Notes: a model not told the origin generated them from the sequence alone. DNA of 64,000 nt from Candidatus Rokuibacteriota bacterium (GCA_003220475.1 QHSO01000015.1:12479-76478), one strand, 5' to 3'; positions 23,923 through 33,275 are shown, counted from the first letter of the stretch. Translations and numbers: made by a program.

Positions 23923-24563
23923 CGGTCGCGTCGAATCTCGACGGTCACCTGCACCGTCCTCTGGGTTGTGGGATACACGGAGTCGGGCAGCAGCAACCCG
24001 ACCGTGCGCGTGACGCTCTGGCGGAGGTCCGTGACGTCCACGGGAACCGTCTCCACCGTTGCCCGCTCCTCGATTGTAGTGCGTGGACCCTTGACCTGAA
24101 TAGTTTCCGGTTCGACGACGATGCGACCGAGCCGGACGTCGGGCGGCGGGGAGCCGCGCAGCCGCGGCACGACCCGCAGGGCGCGCGTGGCGGCGGCGGC
24201 CACGCTGACGTGCACCCAGTTCGGCGCCACGCGGAGAACGTTCACGCCGACGGGCGTCTGCACGTCGTCGACCGAGAGCTGCAGCGTGTTGTCGCCCTCG
24301 CGCGCACGCGAGAGGTCAACCCGTACGCGGACTTCTCCGGGCGTGAGTCGGGCGGCCGCCCAGCGCGCGGCCTCGACCTGCAGATCGACCGTCTCGCGAG
24401 GCTGGCCCAGCAAAACCATCCCAGGCTCGAGACCGACGTACTCCACAGGGGCGGCGAAGCCGAACCGACTGCGATTGGCGTTCACCACGAAAAACCAGAC
24501 GACCACCGCCAGCACGACAGCGAGGAGCTTCAGCTGCCAGTTGCGCGTGAGAACCGCCAGCAT
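23919..24563 (-). CDS. cdaR: YbbR-domain protein (CdaR-like regulator of CdaA)
   Basis: 214 aa. An N-terminal transmembrane helix (KLLAVVLAVVVWFFV) is followed by YbbR-like beta-rich repeats. It sits between cdaA and glmM. Confidence 0.75.
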   Translation of the reverse strand: MLAVLTRNWQLKLLAVVLAVVVWFFVVNANRSRFGFAAPVEYVGLEPGMVLLGQPRETVDLQVEAARWAAARLTPGEVRVRVDLSRAREGDNTLQLSVDDVQTPVGVNVLRVAPNWVHVSVAAAATRALRVVPRLRGSPPPDVRLGRIVVEPETIQVKGPRTTIEERATVETVPVDVTDLRQSVTRTVGLLLPDSVYPTTQRTVQVTVEIRRDR

Positions 24564-25411
24564 CACCGCCCGGGCGACGTGGGCGGCTCGGCCTGCCGCG
24601 CGCGCAGACGCATGCCACGCAGCCATCCGGGCCAGAATGCGGGGACGCCCTCCGTGCGAGCGCCGAGCAGCGCCAGCAGCCGCCGCCGCAATGCGTCCGG
24701 TCCGGAGAGCGCCTCGATTCCGCCGTCGACGGCCAGCGAGAGGCGCCCCGTTTCCTCGGAGACGACGACGGCCACGGCGTCCGTCTCCTCGGTGACGCCG
24801 AGCGCCGCGCGATGGCGCGTGCCGAGCTGACGGGCGAGCTGGCTGTTGCGCGACAACGGCAGGAAGCACCCGGCGGCCACCACGCGATCGTCACGGATGA
24901 ACGCGGCGCCGTCGTGCAGCGGCGAGTACGGCAGGAACAGGCTCGTGAGCAGGTCGGCCGATACGAGCGCGTCCAGCGCGACGCCGAGCTCCGCATACTG
25001 CCGCAGTCCCGTCCCGCGCTCGATCACGATGAGCGCGCCGATGCGCCGCTCGGCGAGCGAGCCGGCCACCGAGGCGATCTCGTCGACCACGCGCAGCGTT
25101 TCCGCCCCGGCGCCACCGAACAGCGCATGCAGCGCGCCCGCGTGGCCGAGCGTGGTGAGGGCGCGCCGCAGCTCGGGCTGGAAGAGCACGACGAGCACGA
25201 CGACCCAGAACGACCACAGCGTGTCGAGGAGCCAGCCGAGGCTGTGCAGCTCGAGCTGGCGCGCGGCCACCGATGCCGCGACGAGGACGCCGACGCCGAC
25301 GAGCATCTGCATCGCGCGCGTCCCGCGAAACAGCGTGAAGATGCGATAGATCACGAGCGTGACGAGCAGGATGTCGACCGCGTCGCGCCAGCCGAACGCG
25401 CCCGCCGTCAT
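24563..25411 (-). CDS. cdaA: diadenylate cyclase CdaA (three transmembrane helices plus a DAC domain)
   Basis: 282 aa. The motifs are DILLVTLVIYRIF, GALIVIE, PLHDGAAFI and LGTRHRAALG (the DGA and RHR motifs). Confidence 0.9.
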   Translation of the reverse strand: MTAGAFGWRDAVDILLVTLVIYRIFTLFRGTRAMQMLVGVGVLVAASVAARQLELHSLGWLLDTLWSFWVVVLVVLFQPELRRALTTLGHAGALHALFGGAGAETLRVVDEIASVAGSLAERRIGALIVIERGTGLRQYAELGVALDALVSADLLTSLFLPYSPLHDGAAFIRDDRVVAAGCFLPLSRNSQLARQLGTRHRAALGVTEETDAVAVVVSEETGRLSLAVDGGIEALSGPDALRRRLLALLGARTEGVPAFWPGWLRGMRLRARQAEPPTSPGR

Positions 25412-26259
25412 CGCGCGGCGCTCCGCACGCGCTCGGCGACACGCACGGCGTCCACCGTCTCGGGGACGTCGTGGGTCCGGATGAGCGCGGCGCCGCCGAG
25501 CACGGCCGCCGTCGTCGCCGCGAGCGAGCCGGGCAGACGCGCGGCGGAGTCGTCCCGTCCGGTGATGGCGCCGACGAATGACTTGCGCGAGACGCCGACG
25601 CAGAGCGGACGGCCGAGGGCCGCGAGCGCCGGCAACCCTGCGAGCACGGCAACGTCCCACGCGTGCCAGGCGATGCCGGTTTCGCGAAAGAAGCCGATGC
25701 CCGGATCCAGGACGATCCGGTGCGTAGGGATACCGGCCGCGTGCGCGGTCGCCAGCGCGGTCGCGAGCAGTCGCGTGACCGTCGCCACCGGCTCGTCGAT
25801 GACACGGCCGGGCCCGGGCGCGGCCATCACGATGAGGCCGGCGTCGTGCGCGGCCGCCACGTGCGCGAGCGCGGGCTCGGCGAGCGTCGAGACGTCGTTC
25901 ACGACACGCGCGCCCGCCTCGAGCGCGGCGCGCGCGACCGCCGGACGGCACGTATCGACCGAGATCGGCGCAGGGAGCTTCGCGGCGAGCGCGCTCACCG
26001 CGCGCACGAGCCGCTCGGTCTCCTCGGCTTCGCTGATCGCGGTCTCGAGATAGGGCGCGCTCGACCGGGCGCCGACATCGATGAGCGCGGCGCCCTCCTC
26101 CACCATCCCGAGCGCGGCCGTCACCACGGCGTCGATGCCGCGATAGACGGAGCCGGCGTGAAAGGATTCGGGACTGACGTTGATGACGCCCATGACCGCG
26201 ATCGGCGATCCGTCACCGAGCGCGACACCGGCGAGATCGGCCCGGGACCCGCGCGACAT
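25408..26259 (-). CDS. folP: dihydropteroate synthase
   Basis: 283 aa. The motifs are VMGVINVSPESF, GAALIDVGA, ISVDT, VNDVS, LDPGIGF and GVSRKSF. Confidence 0.92.
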   Translation of the reverse strand: MSRGSRADLAGVALGDGSPIAVMGVINVSPESFHAGSVYRGIDAVVTAALGMVEEGAALIDVGARSSAPYLETAISEAEETERLVRAVSALAAKLPAPISVDTCRPAVARAALEAGARVVNDVSTLAEPALAHVAAAHDAGLIVMAAPGPGRVIDEPVATVTRLLATALATAHAAGIPTHRIVLDPGIGFFRETGIAWHAWDVAVLAGLPALAALGRPLCVGVSRKSFVGAITGRDDSAARLPGSLAATTAAVLGGAALIRTHDVPETVDAVRVAERVRSAAR

Positions 26260-26264
26260 GTCTC

Positions 26265-26459
26265 ACGATACCACTTGAACATGGGGGCCCCGACATGGCC
26301 CCCATACCCCCAGCGCTCGTCACGCCCCGGCGACGCCGGGGCGCTCCTCGATACCACGTGAACATGGGAGCCCCGACATGGCCCCCATACCCCCAGCGCT
26401 CGTCACGCCCCGGCGACGCCGGGGCGCTCCTCGATACCACGTGAACATGGGAGCCCCGA
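26265..26459. repeat. 83-bp tandem direct repeat, about 2.35 copies, each unit carrying two GC-rich hairpins
   Basis: Units start at 26265, 26348 and 26431. Copies 1 and 2 differ at 2 of 83 positions. The 29-nt partial copy 3 is identical to copy 2. The hairpins are GCCCCGG-cgacg-CCGGGGC and GGGGGCC-ccgacat-GGCCCCC. Confidence 0.9.
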
Positions 26460-28205
26460 CTCGCGCTCGAGCAGGGCGCGCGCGAGCGCGTGCAGCTTCT
26501 CGATGTTTTCCTCGAGGATCTGCCGCGCGCGCGTCGCGCATTCGAGCACGATGCGCTTGATCTCGCTGTCGATGGCGAGGGCGGTGTCCTCGCTGTAATC
26601 CTTCGCGCGCGCGACCTCGCGACCGAGGAAGATGTGCTCCTCGTTCTTGCCGAAGGTGAGCGGGCCCAGCTTCTCGGACATGCCCCACTCGCACACCATC
26701 TTGCGCGCCATCTCGGTGGCCTTCTCGAGGTCGTCGCCGGCACCCGTCGTCTGCTGCTGCAGCACGATCTCCTCGGCGCTGCGGCCACCCATGAGGATGA
26801 TGATGCGGTTGATGAGGTACTCGCGCGAATAGTTGTACTTGTCGTCCATCGGGAGCTGCATCGTGAGACCGAGCGCGCGGCCGCGCGGAATAATCGTCAC
26901 CTTGTGCAGCGGATCGGCGCCCGGCAGGAAGTCGGCCACCAGCGCGTGTCCCGCCTCGTGGTACGCGATCGTGCGCTTTTCGGCGTCGGAGATGATCATC
27001 GAGCGTCGCTCGACGCCCATCAGCACCTTGTCCTTGGCGTTCTCGAAGTCCAGCATCTCCACGAGCTTCTTGTTCTGCCGCGCGGCGAGCAGCGCCGCCT
27101 CGTTCACGAGGTTGGCGAGATCGGCGCCGGAGAAGCCGGGCGTGCCGCGCGCGAGCACCTTGAGCTCCACGTTCGGCGCCAGCGGGATACGCCGCGCGTG
27201 CACGCGCAGGATCTCCTCGCGTCCCTTCACGTCCGGCCGCGGCACGACGACCTGGCGATCGAAGCGCCCGGGGCGCAGCAGCGCCGGGTCGAGCACGTCG
27301 GGCCGGTTGGTGGCCGCGATGAGGATGACGCCTTCGTTGGTCTCGAAGCCGTCCATCTCGACGAGCAGCTGGTTCAGCGTCTGCTCGCGCTCGTCGTGAC
27401 CGCCGCCCAGTCCGGCGCCGCGGTGGCGACCGACGGCATCGATCTCGTCCATGAAAATGATGCAGGGCGCGTGCTTCTTGCCTTGCTCGAACAGGTCGCG
27501 CACGCGCGAGGCGCCCACGCCGACGAACATCTCGACGAAATCCGACCCCGAAATCGAGAAGAACGGCACGTTCGCTTCGCCGGCGATGGCCTTGGCGAGC
27601 AGGGTTTTGCCGGTGCCGGGCGGGCCGACGAGCAGCACGCCCTTCGGGATCTTGCCGCCGAGCTTCTGGAACTTCTGCGGATCCTTGAGGAAGTCGATGA
27701 TCTCGCGGAGCTCTTCCTTGGCCTCGTCCACGCCCGCGACGTCCTGAAATGTCACCTTGTTCTGCTTCTCGGAGATAAGCCGTGCTCTCGCTTTTCCGAA
27801 ACTGAGCGCCTTGGCGCCGCCGCCCTGCATCTGGCGCATGAAGAAGATCCAGACGCCGATGAAGAGGAGCATCGGCACCCACTGTAAAAAGATCGCGTAC
27901 CAGGGGTTGCTGTCGGGCGGCTTGACGGCGATCCGGACGCCCTTGTCGCGGAGCATCTTGACGAGGTCCGGGTAGTCGACGATGTAGGTGCGCTGGGTCG
28001 GCGAGCCGTCACGCAGGTTGTACGTCACCAGGTTGCCGCGGATGACGACCGATTCCACGCGCCCTTGCTCGACCGCCTTCAGGAATTCCGAGAAGTTGGG
28101 CGACTCCTGCCCACCGGGTTGGGTGTTGGAGAACACGGTGAAGAGCAGGATGACGATGAGACCGATGACCATCCAGAGAGCGAGGTTTTTGTAAACCTGG
28201 TTCAT
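26403..28205 (-). CDS. ftsH: ATP-dependent zinc metalloprotease FtsH
   Basis: The N-terminus is [14 protein letters not shown]. Walker A is GPPGTGKT, Walker B is IIFMDEIDA, the SRH region is present, and the zinc site is HEAGHAL. I chose the ATG at 28205. The last 17 codons and the stop are encoded by the tandem repeat. Confidence 0.93.
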   Translation of the reverse strand: MNQVYKNLALWMVIGLIVILLFTVFSNTQPGGQESPNFSEFLKAVEQGRVESVVIRGNLVTYNLRDGSPTQRTYIVDYPDLVKMLRDKGVRIAVKPPDSNPWYAIFLQWVPMLLFIGVWIFFMRQMQGGGAKALSFGKARARLISEKQNKVTFQDVAGVDEAKEELREIIDFLKDPQKFQKLGGKIPKGVLLVGPPGTGKTLLAKAIAGEANVPFFSISGSDFVEMFVGVGASRVRDLFEQGKKHAPCIIFMDEIDAVGRHRGAGLGGGHDEREQTLNQLLVEMDGFETNEGVILIAATNRPDVLDPALLRPGRFDRQVVVPRPDVKGREEILRVHARRIPLAPNVELKVLARGTPGFSGADLANLVNEAALLAARQNKKLVEMLDFENAKDKVLMGVERRSMIISDAEKRTIAYHEAGHALVADFLPGADPLHKVTIIPRGRALGLTMQLPMDDKYNYSREYLINRIIILMGGRSAEEIVLQQQTTGAGDDLEKATEMARKMVCEWGMSEKLGPLTFGKNEEHIFLGREVARAKDYSEDTALAIDSEIKRIVLECATRARQILEENIEKLHALARALLERESGLPCSRGIEERPGVAGA

Positions 28206-28247
28206 CGTCGCCAGTGTAGCACAGCGACGAAGGGCTGACACGGCGCG

Positions 28248-28787
28248 TCAGGCCGGCACGACCTCATCGAGCGCGGCGACATAGGGCAGGTTGCGATAAA
28301 GACCGCCGAAGTCGAACCCGTAACCGACGACGAACACGTTCGGGATCGTGAAGCCGACGTACTCGATGCGCACGTCGACTTGCCGCCGCTCGATCTTGTC
28401 CACGAGCGCGCAGACACGGATGCTGCGCGGATGGCGCGCCTCGAGGTTGCGTCGCAAGTACGAGATGGTGAGACCCGTGTCGACGATGTCCTCGACGACG
28501 ACGACGTGTCGGTTCTCGACCGGCATCGCGAGGTCCGACACGATCCGCACCTGCCCCGAGGAGCGATTGCCGGCGCCGTACGAGGCGAGCCCGATGAAGT
28601 CGGTCGTGATGTCGCCGGGGATGGCGCGCACGAGGTCGGCCATGAACAGGAACGCGCCCTGAAGCACGCCGACCAGCACCGGTGTTTCGCCCGCGTAGTC
28701 GTGACCGATCTGTCGGCCCAGCTCGGCGATGCGCGTTCGCAGCTCGGGCTCGCTGATGAGCACGCGGCCGGGACGCGCGGTCGTCAC
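28248..28787 (-). CDS. hpt: hypoxanthine phosphoribosyltransferase
   Basis: The motifs are VLVGVLQGAFLFMADL and VVVVEDIVDTGLT (PRPP loop). I chose the GTG at 28787, one nt after the upstream TGA, which gives 179 aa. Confidence 0.88.
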   Translation of the reverse strand: MTTARPGRVLISEPELRTRIAELGRQIGHDYAGETPVLVGVLQGAFLFMADLVRAIPGDITTDFIGLASYGAGNRSSGQVRIVSDLAMPVENRHVVVVEDIVDTGLTISYLRRNLEARHPRSIRVCALVDKIERRQVDVRIEYVGFTIPNVFVVGYGFDFGGLYRNLPYVAALDEVVPA

Positions 28788-28788
28788 G

Positions 28789-29415
28789 TCAGCGCGTGGT
28801 GACGATGGGCGCACCCGTGGAGCGCTCGCCGGTCAGACGCGCCGCCAGCGCACGCGCCGCCTCCCGCGTGGGAAACTCGCCGACCTGCACGCGGTAGACC
28901 GGGCCGTGCGCCTCGGCCTCGACGACGCGCGCGTCGTGGCCGGCGGAGGCGAGCGAGTCGCGCAGCGCCTCGGCCTGCAGCCGCATGCGATACGAGGCAA
29001 CCTGGACGGTGAAGCGCGGGGCCGTCGTCGCGGCCGTGCGCGGGGTCGTCGTGGCTCCGAGCAGATCGGCCTGCTCGCCCGCCCGCTGCGGCACCGCGGC
29101 CGACACCGGCGGCGTCGTCGTCACCAGCGGAGGCGCGGGCTTCGCCGGCTTGGGTGGTGGCGGCGGCGCGGTCAGCGGCGCCGTGAGCTCACGGTAGAAC
29201 GTCAGCTGCGGCGCCGGCGCCGCCGCGGCCCTGGCCGGGCGTCCGGCAGGACGCCGCGCGGTCTCGGGCTCGGTAACGCGCGCGACGGTCACCACCGATC
29301 GCGCCATCCAGATGCGCCCCGCGTAGACGCCGGCGCCGAAGGTCACGGCGATGATCGTCAGGAATCCGATCAGCACCAGCAGGCCGCCGCGACGTCGCCG
29401 CGCGCGCGCGGCCAT
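28789..29415 (-). CDS. SPOR-domain membrane protein
   Basis: 208 aa. A basic N-terminus and a transmembrane helix are followed by a Pro/Ala-rich linker. The C-terminus FTVQVASYRMRLQAEALRDSL...YRVQVGEFPTREAARALAARL is SPOR-like. Confidence 0.75.
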   Translation of the reverse strand: MAARARRRRGGLLVLIGFLTIIAVTFGAGVYAGRIWMARSVVTVARVTEPETARRPAGRPARAAAAPAPQLTFYRELTAPLTAPPPPPKPAKPAPPLVTTTPPVSAAVPQRAGEQADLLGATTTPRTAATTAPRFTVQVASYRMRLQAEALRDSLASAGHDARVVEAEAHGPVYRVQVGEFPTREAARALAARLTGERSTGAPIVTTR

Positions 29416-31076
29416 CACATCGTCTCGGGCGCGCTCACGCCGAGCAGCGCGAGACCGTTGGTGATGACCTGTCCCACCGCGCTGCAGAGCGCCAGCCGCG
29501 CGAACATCAGCCGTCGGTCGTCCTGGAGCACACGATGATTCTTGTAATACGGATGGAACGCGCCCGCCAGCTCGGTGAGCCAGTACGCGATGCGATGCGG
29601 CTCGAGCGCGCGCGCGGCGCCGGCGACGAGGTTCGGGTACTCGAGCAGTCGCTTGATCAGCGCCTGCTCTTCGGGGGCGCCGAGCAGGGTGAGGTCGACG
29701 TCGCGCCACGCGGGGATGGCGATGCCCTGCTCCGCCGCCTGGCGGTAGATCGAGCGGATGCGCGCGTGGGCGTACTGCACGTAGTAGACGGGATTGTCGC
29801 TCGACTGGCGCGTGGCCACCGCGAGATCGAACTCGAGCGGGCTGTCGTGGCGCCGCGTGAGAAACGTGAAGCGCGCGGCGTCGCGCCCCACTTCCTCCAG
29901 CAGCTCCTCCATCAAGACGAACTCGCCGCGGCGCTTGGACATGCGCACCGGCTGGCCGTCACGCAGCAGCGTCACGAGCTGGATGATCAGCGCCTGGAAC
30001 GCATCGAGCGGGTGGCCGAGCGCGGCCATCGCCGCGCGCATGCGCGGCACGTGGCCGTGGTGGTCGGGGCCGAGCAGATCGATCACATGATCGACGCCCG
30101 CGAATTTCACGAAGTGATGATAGGCGATGTCGACGGCAAAGTAGGTGAGCTCGCCCGTGCGCCGGCGCAGCACACGGTCCTTGTCATCGCCGGTGCCGGG
30201 CACGGCCGTCGTGCGAAACCACAGCGCGCCGTCGTGCTCGTACGTCAGCCCACGCGCGGCGAGCTCCTGCACCGCCTTCTCCACCAGGCCGCGGTCACGC
30301 ACGTCGCGCTGCTCGGACGACCACACGTCGAACTCCACGCCGTAGGCCGCGAGCGTGCGGCGCTGCTGCGCGACCATGCGCTCGACCGCCCAGCGGCCGA
30401 AATGCTCGAGGCGCGCGCTCGCGTTGCCGGGCACGTCGAGCCGTCCGCCCTCCGCGCGATACTCCGCGGCGAGGTCGATCAGGTACTCGCCCGGATACCC
30501 TTTTTCGGGCAGCGCGGCCTCGTGGCCGAAGGCCTGACGCACGCGCGCCTCGAACGAGCGCGCGAGCGCCTCGAACTGCGTGCCGGCATCGTTGACGTAG
30601 AACTCCGTCGTGACGCGCGCGCCCTGCGAGCGCAGGAGGCGCGCGAGCGCGTCGCCGACGGCGGCGGCGCGCGCGTTGACGATCACCAGCGGTCCGGTCG
30701 GATTCGCGGAGACGAACTCGAGCCGCCAGCGCTGCCCGGCATGGCCGGAGCCGCGCCCGTAATCGGCGCCGGCCTGGAGGATGTCGTGCAGCGCGCCGGC
30801 CGTCCATGCCGGCGCGAGGAAGACGTTGAGGAAGCCGGGGCCCGCGACTTCCACGCGGGCGACCTCGGGCATGGCGGGAAAGTGCTTCGCGAGCGCATCG
30901 GCGATCTGGCGGGGCGGCCGCTTGGCGGCACGCGCCAGGGTCATCGCGACGTTCGTCGCGTAGTCGCCGTGCTCGGGCTGGCGTGGCACCTCCCACGCAC
31001 AATCCTCGGCCGTGGGCAGCCCCGCCGCCGCCAGCGCCGCGCGCACCCCGTCCGTCAGCCGCTCGGTAACCGTCAT
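29415..31076 (-). CDS. argS: arginine--tRNA ligase
   Basis: 553 aa. FVSANPTGPL (a HIGH-like motif), the MSKRRGEF (KMSK) motif and the DALR anticodon-binding C-terminus are present. I chose the ATG at 31076. Confidence 0.95.
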   Translation of the reverse strand: MTVTERLTDGVRAALAAAGLPTAEDCAWEVPRQPEHGDYATNVAMTLARAAKRPPRQIADALAKHFPAMPEVARVEVAGPGFLNVFLAPAWTAGALHDILQAGADYGRGSGHAGQRWRLEFVSANPTGPLVIVNARAAAVGDALARLLRSQGARVTTEFYVNDAGTQFEALARSFEARVRQAFGHEAALPEKGYPGEYLIDLAAEYRAEGGRLDVPGNASARLEHFGRWAVERMVAQQRRTLAAYGVEFDVWSSEQRDVRDRGLVEKAVQELAARGLTYEHDGALWFRTTAVPGTGDDKDRVLRRRTGELTYFAVDIAYHHFVKFAGVDHVIDLLGPDHHGHVPRMRAAMAALGHPLDAFQALIIQLVTLLRDGQPVRMSKRRGEFVLMEELLEEVGRDAARFTFLTRRHDSPLEFDLAVATRQSSDNPVYYVQYAHARIRSIYRQAAEQGIAIPAWRDVDLTLLGAPEEQALIKRLLEYPNLVAGAARALEPHRIAYWLTELAGAFHPYYKNHRVLQDDRRLMFARLALCSAVGQVITNGLALLGVSAPETM

Positions 31077-31113
31077 GGAACAGAACCCGCCGCGCTCCCG
31101 CGGCGGCGACTCA

Positions 31114-32103
31114 TTAGATGATACCCAGCGGCGCAGGGCCGCCACGAAGAAAAAACGCAAGGGAATCGAGGACAAGCAGCGCGCCGAGGGTCAGCGCCGC
31201 CGCCCACGCGAAGACCCGGACCGCGCGCGAGACGTCAGCCTCCGTGGCCGCGCGGCCATCGCCGAGGCGATACGCGCCGCGCTTGGCCAGCGTGAGGCCG
31301 AGCGCGCCCGCCATGGCGGCCATCGTCAGTCCTGCGTTGGGGCTCGCCGTGCGCGCGCCGTCGCGCCACAGCACCCGCACGGCCGCGCGCGCGTTCTCAC
31401 CAGCGATGGCGGCGCCGACGACGAGCGCCGCCGCGGCGAGCCGCGCGGGGACGAAGTTCAGCGCATCGTCGAGACGCGCGGCGACCTTGCCGAACCACTC
31501 GAGCGCGCCGTCGCGATAACCGATCATCGCGTCGGCGGTGTTCACCGCGCGATACGCGGCCGCTCCCGCGAGCCCGAAAGCGAGATAGAAGCAGAGCGGC
31601 GCCACGAACGCGTCGGTGAGATTCTCGGCGACCGACTCCACGACGGCGGATGCGACCTCGTCGCGCGCGAGGGTCGCAGTGGGGCGGCTGACGAGATGCT
31701 GCGCCAACGCCACGCGCGCGGCGTCGAGGTCTCCACCGGCGAGCGCCGCGGCCACGCCACGCGCGGCGGCGACGAGTCCGCGGAGCGAGAGCAGCAGTGA
31801 GAGGACGGCTCCCTCGATGAGCGGAGCGGCCATCCCCAGACGCGCGGCGAGCGCCGTAATCACCTCGCCGCCCAGCGCGGCCGCGCCTGCCACCGCCAGC
31901 GTCAGCACCGCGCCGCCGACGAGCAGCCGAACGCGCCCGCCGCGGCAGAGCCCGCGGCGGCCCACGCCGAGCGCGCCGCCCATCCACGCCACCGGATGCA
32001 GCCGGTTCGGCGGATCCCCGAACAGCAGATCGAGCGCAACCGCGACGGCGAGCGCCGCCGCGGCGTCAGCGACCGAACCGAACGCTGAAGCCGGCACGCA
32101 CAC
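31114..32103 (-). CDS. cbiB: adenosylcobinamide-phosphate synthase CbiB/CobD
   Basis: The motifs are LDLLFGDPPNRLHPV, VESVAENLTD, NTADAMIGY and ASPNAG. The start is uncertain (GTG 32103 or GTG 32097) and overlaps the upstream gene end. Confidence 0.85.
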   Translation of the reverse strand: MCVPASAFGSVADAAAALAVAVALDLLFGDPPNRLHPVAWMGGALGVGRRGLCRGGRVRLLVGGAVLTLAVAGAAALGGEVITALAARLGMAAPLIEGAVLSLLLSLRGLVAAARGVAAALAGGDLDAARVALAQHLVSRPTATLARDEVASAVVESVAENLTDAFVAPLCFYLAFGLAGAAAYRAVNTADAMIGYRDGALEWFGKVAARLDDALNFVPARLAAAALVVGAAIAGENARAAVRVLWRDGARTASPNAGLTMAAMAGALGLTLAKRGAYRLGDGRAATEADVSRAVRVFAWAAALTLGALLVLDSLAFFLRGGPAPLGII

Positions 32104-32773
32104 CGAAATCCGGAGCCGCCCCGGCCAGGCTCGTCGACACGGCGGTGTCGAGCGCGAAGTCCCGCGTGAGCCGCCAGATGACGCCCGTCTGCACGCTGAG
32201 CCCGTCGCGCCCCTCGCGCGTGTCGCGCGAGGCGAAGGCCAGCTCGACGAAGCCGCTGAGCCCACCGAGCAGACGCCGGGACAGCGAGGCGGACGCCCGC
32301 GCCTGGACGAGGTGACCACTCGACCGGCTCTGACCGACGAGCACGGCGCCGGCGTTGACGTCGAGCGCGAAGTCCGACGGCAGACCGAAGGAGGCGAGGA
32401 GCAAGAGGCCGGCGTCGGTCTCGCCCGAGCCGATCGGCTCCTGCGCGGTAGGCAGTTTGACGAACGGATTCAGCGCGAGCGCCGGCCACCATGCGCCCTC
32501 GGGCGTCGCGAGGAAGCGATACTTCAGCCCGAGGGTGAAGTCGCCCACGTCGGTCTCTTCGCGGCTGTTGTCGATGCGGACGACCGGCTCGGCATCGACG
32601 CGAAGCTCGATGCCGTCGGCGATGCCAATGCGCAGCGTCTCCGGACGATCGGGATCGATGACGTCGTCGTTGGCTCCGCATGCGGGCGCGGCGGCGAGCG
32701 CGACGAGGGCGACGGCGGCGAGCGCGCGCCTCAGGACATCGTCCCCGTGTAGCGGGCCTTCAGCGCCTCCCAC
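32066..32773 (-). CDS. putative outer-membrane beta-barrel protein (MetA/phenol-degradation-type transporter-like)
   Basis: A signal-like segment LRRALAAVALVALAAAPACGA is followed by alternating beta-strand patterns and a C-terminal aromatic residue (SVRFGR). DPDRPE resembles the family's N-terminal motif. The start is unclear (GTG 32773, or CTG 32734 overlapping the upstream TGA). Confidence 0.5.
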   Translation of the reverse strand: MGGAEGPLHGDDVLRRALAAVALVALAAAPACGANDDVIDPDRPETLRIGIADGIELRVDAEPVVRIDNSREETDVGDFTLGLKYRFLATPEGAWWPALALNPFVKLPTAQEPIGSGETDAGLLLLASFGLPSDFALDVNAGAVLVGQSRSSGHLVQARASASLSRRLLGGLSGFVELAFASRDTREGRDGLSVQTGVIWRLTRDFALDTAVSTSLAGAAPDFGVRAGFSVRFGR

Positions 32774-33252
32774 AGCGCGGTCTTTTCCCAGCGTGGCGCG
32801 CGCACGTGCCGCTGGTCGTCGTCGAGCCACGGGTTCGGGAAGAACACCGTGATCATCTGCTCGCCGCGTCCGTTCCAGAGCCTGAGGCCCCACGAGCCCG
32901 GTACGCACGAACCGCCGTCGGTGCGGAAGAACGCGGCGCGCGCCACGCGCCGCAGCACCGCCTGCTCGGCCGTGGACGCGCCGCGGTGGTCGCCGACACA
33001 GAGATGGAAGTGCCAAGCGCCGACGTCGACCGTGAGGTAGCCGTCGAGCATCGAGACGGCCGGCTTGGCGGTGAAGCGGATCTCGTATGCGGCGCCCTCG
33101 ATCACCGGGCCGGCATAGATCTCGGCCCAGTGCTCGGTGAAGACCTCCGTCAGCAGGCGCTCGACGACGTCGCCCCCAACCGAGATCTCGTCGTATTCGG
33201 TGACACTGTCGCCGGGCCCGTGCTCCACCGTGCGCGCCGTCATCGCGCGCAT
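32731..33252 (-). CDS. hypothetical cytoplasmic protein embedded in the B12 operon
   Basis: 173 aa with good GC3 bias. There is no signal peptide and no confident family assignment. The second half has a weak pattern resemblance to ChuX/HutX-type tetrapyrrole-binding proteins. This is unverified. Confidence 0.6.
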   Translation of the reverse strand: MRAMTARTVEHGPGDSVTEYDEISVGGDVVERLLTEVFTEHWAEIYAGPVIEGAAYEIRFTAKPAVSMLDGYLTVDVGAWHFHLCVGDHRGASTAEQAVLRRVARAAFFRTDGGSCVPGSWGLRLWNGRGEQMITVFFPNPWLDDDQRHVRAPRWEKTALWEALKARYTGTMS

Positions 33253-33275
33253 GGTAGCGCGGTTTAGCTTCGCGG

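Noticed and set aside
26265-26459. The tandem repeat as a possible CRISPR array
   Set aside because: The units are directly adjacent with no spacers. The period is 83 bp, there are only about 2.35 copies, and no cas genes are in the window.
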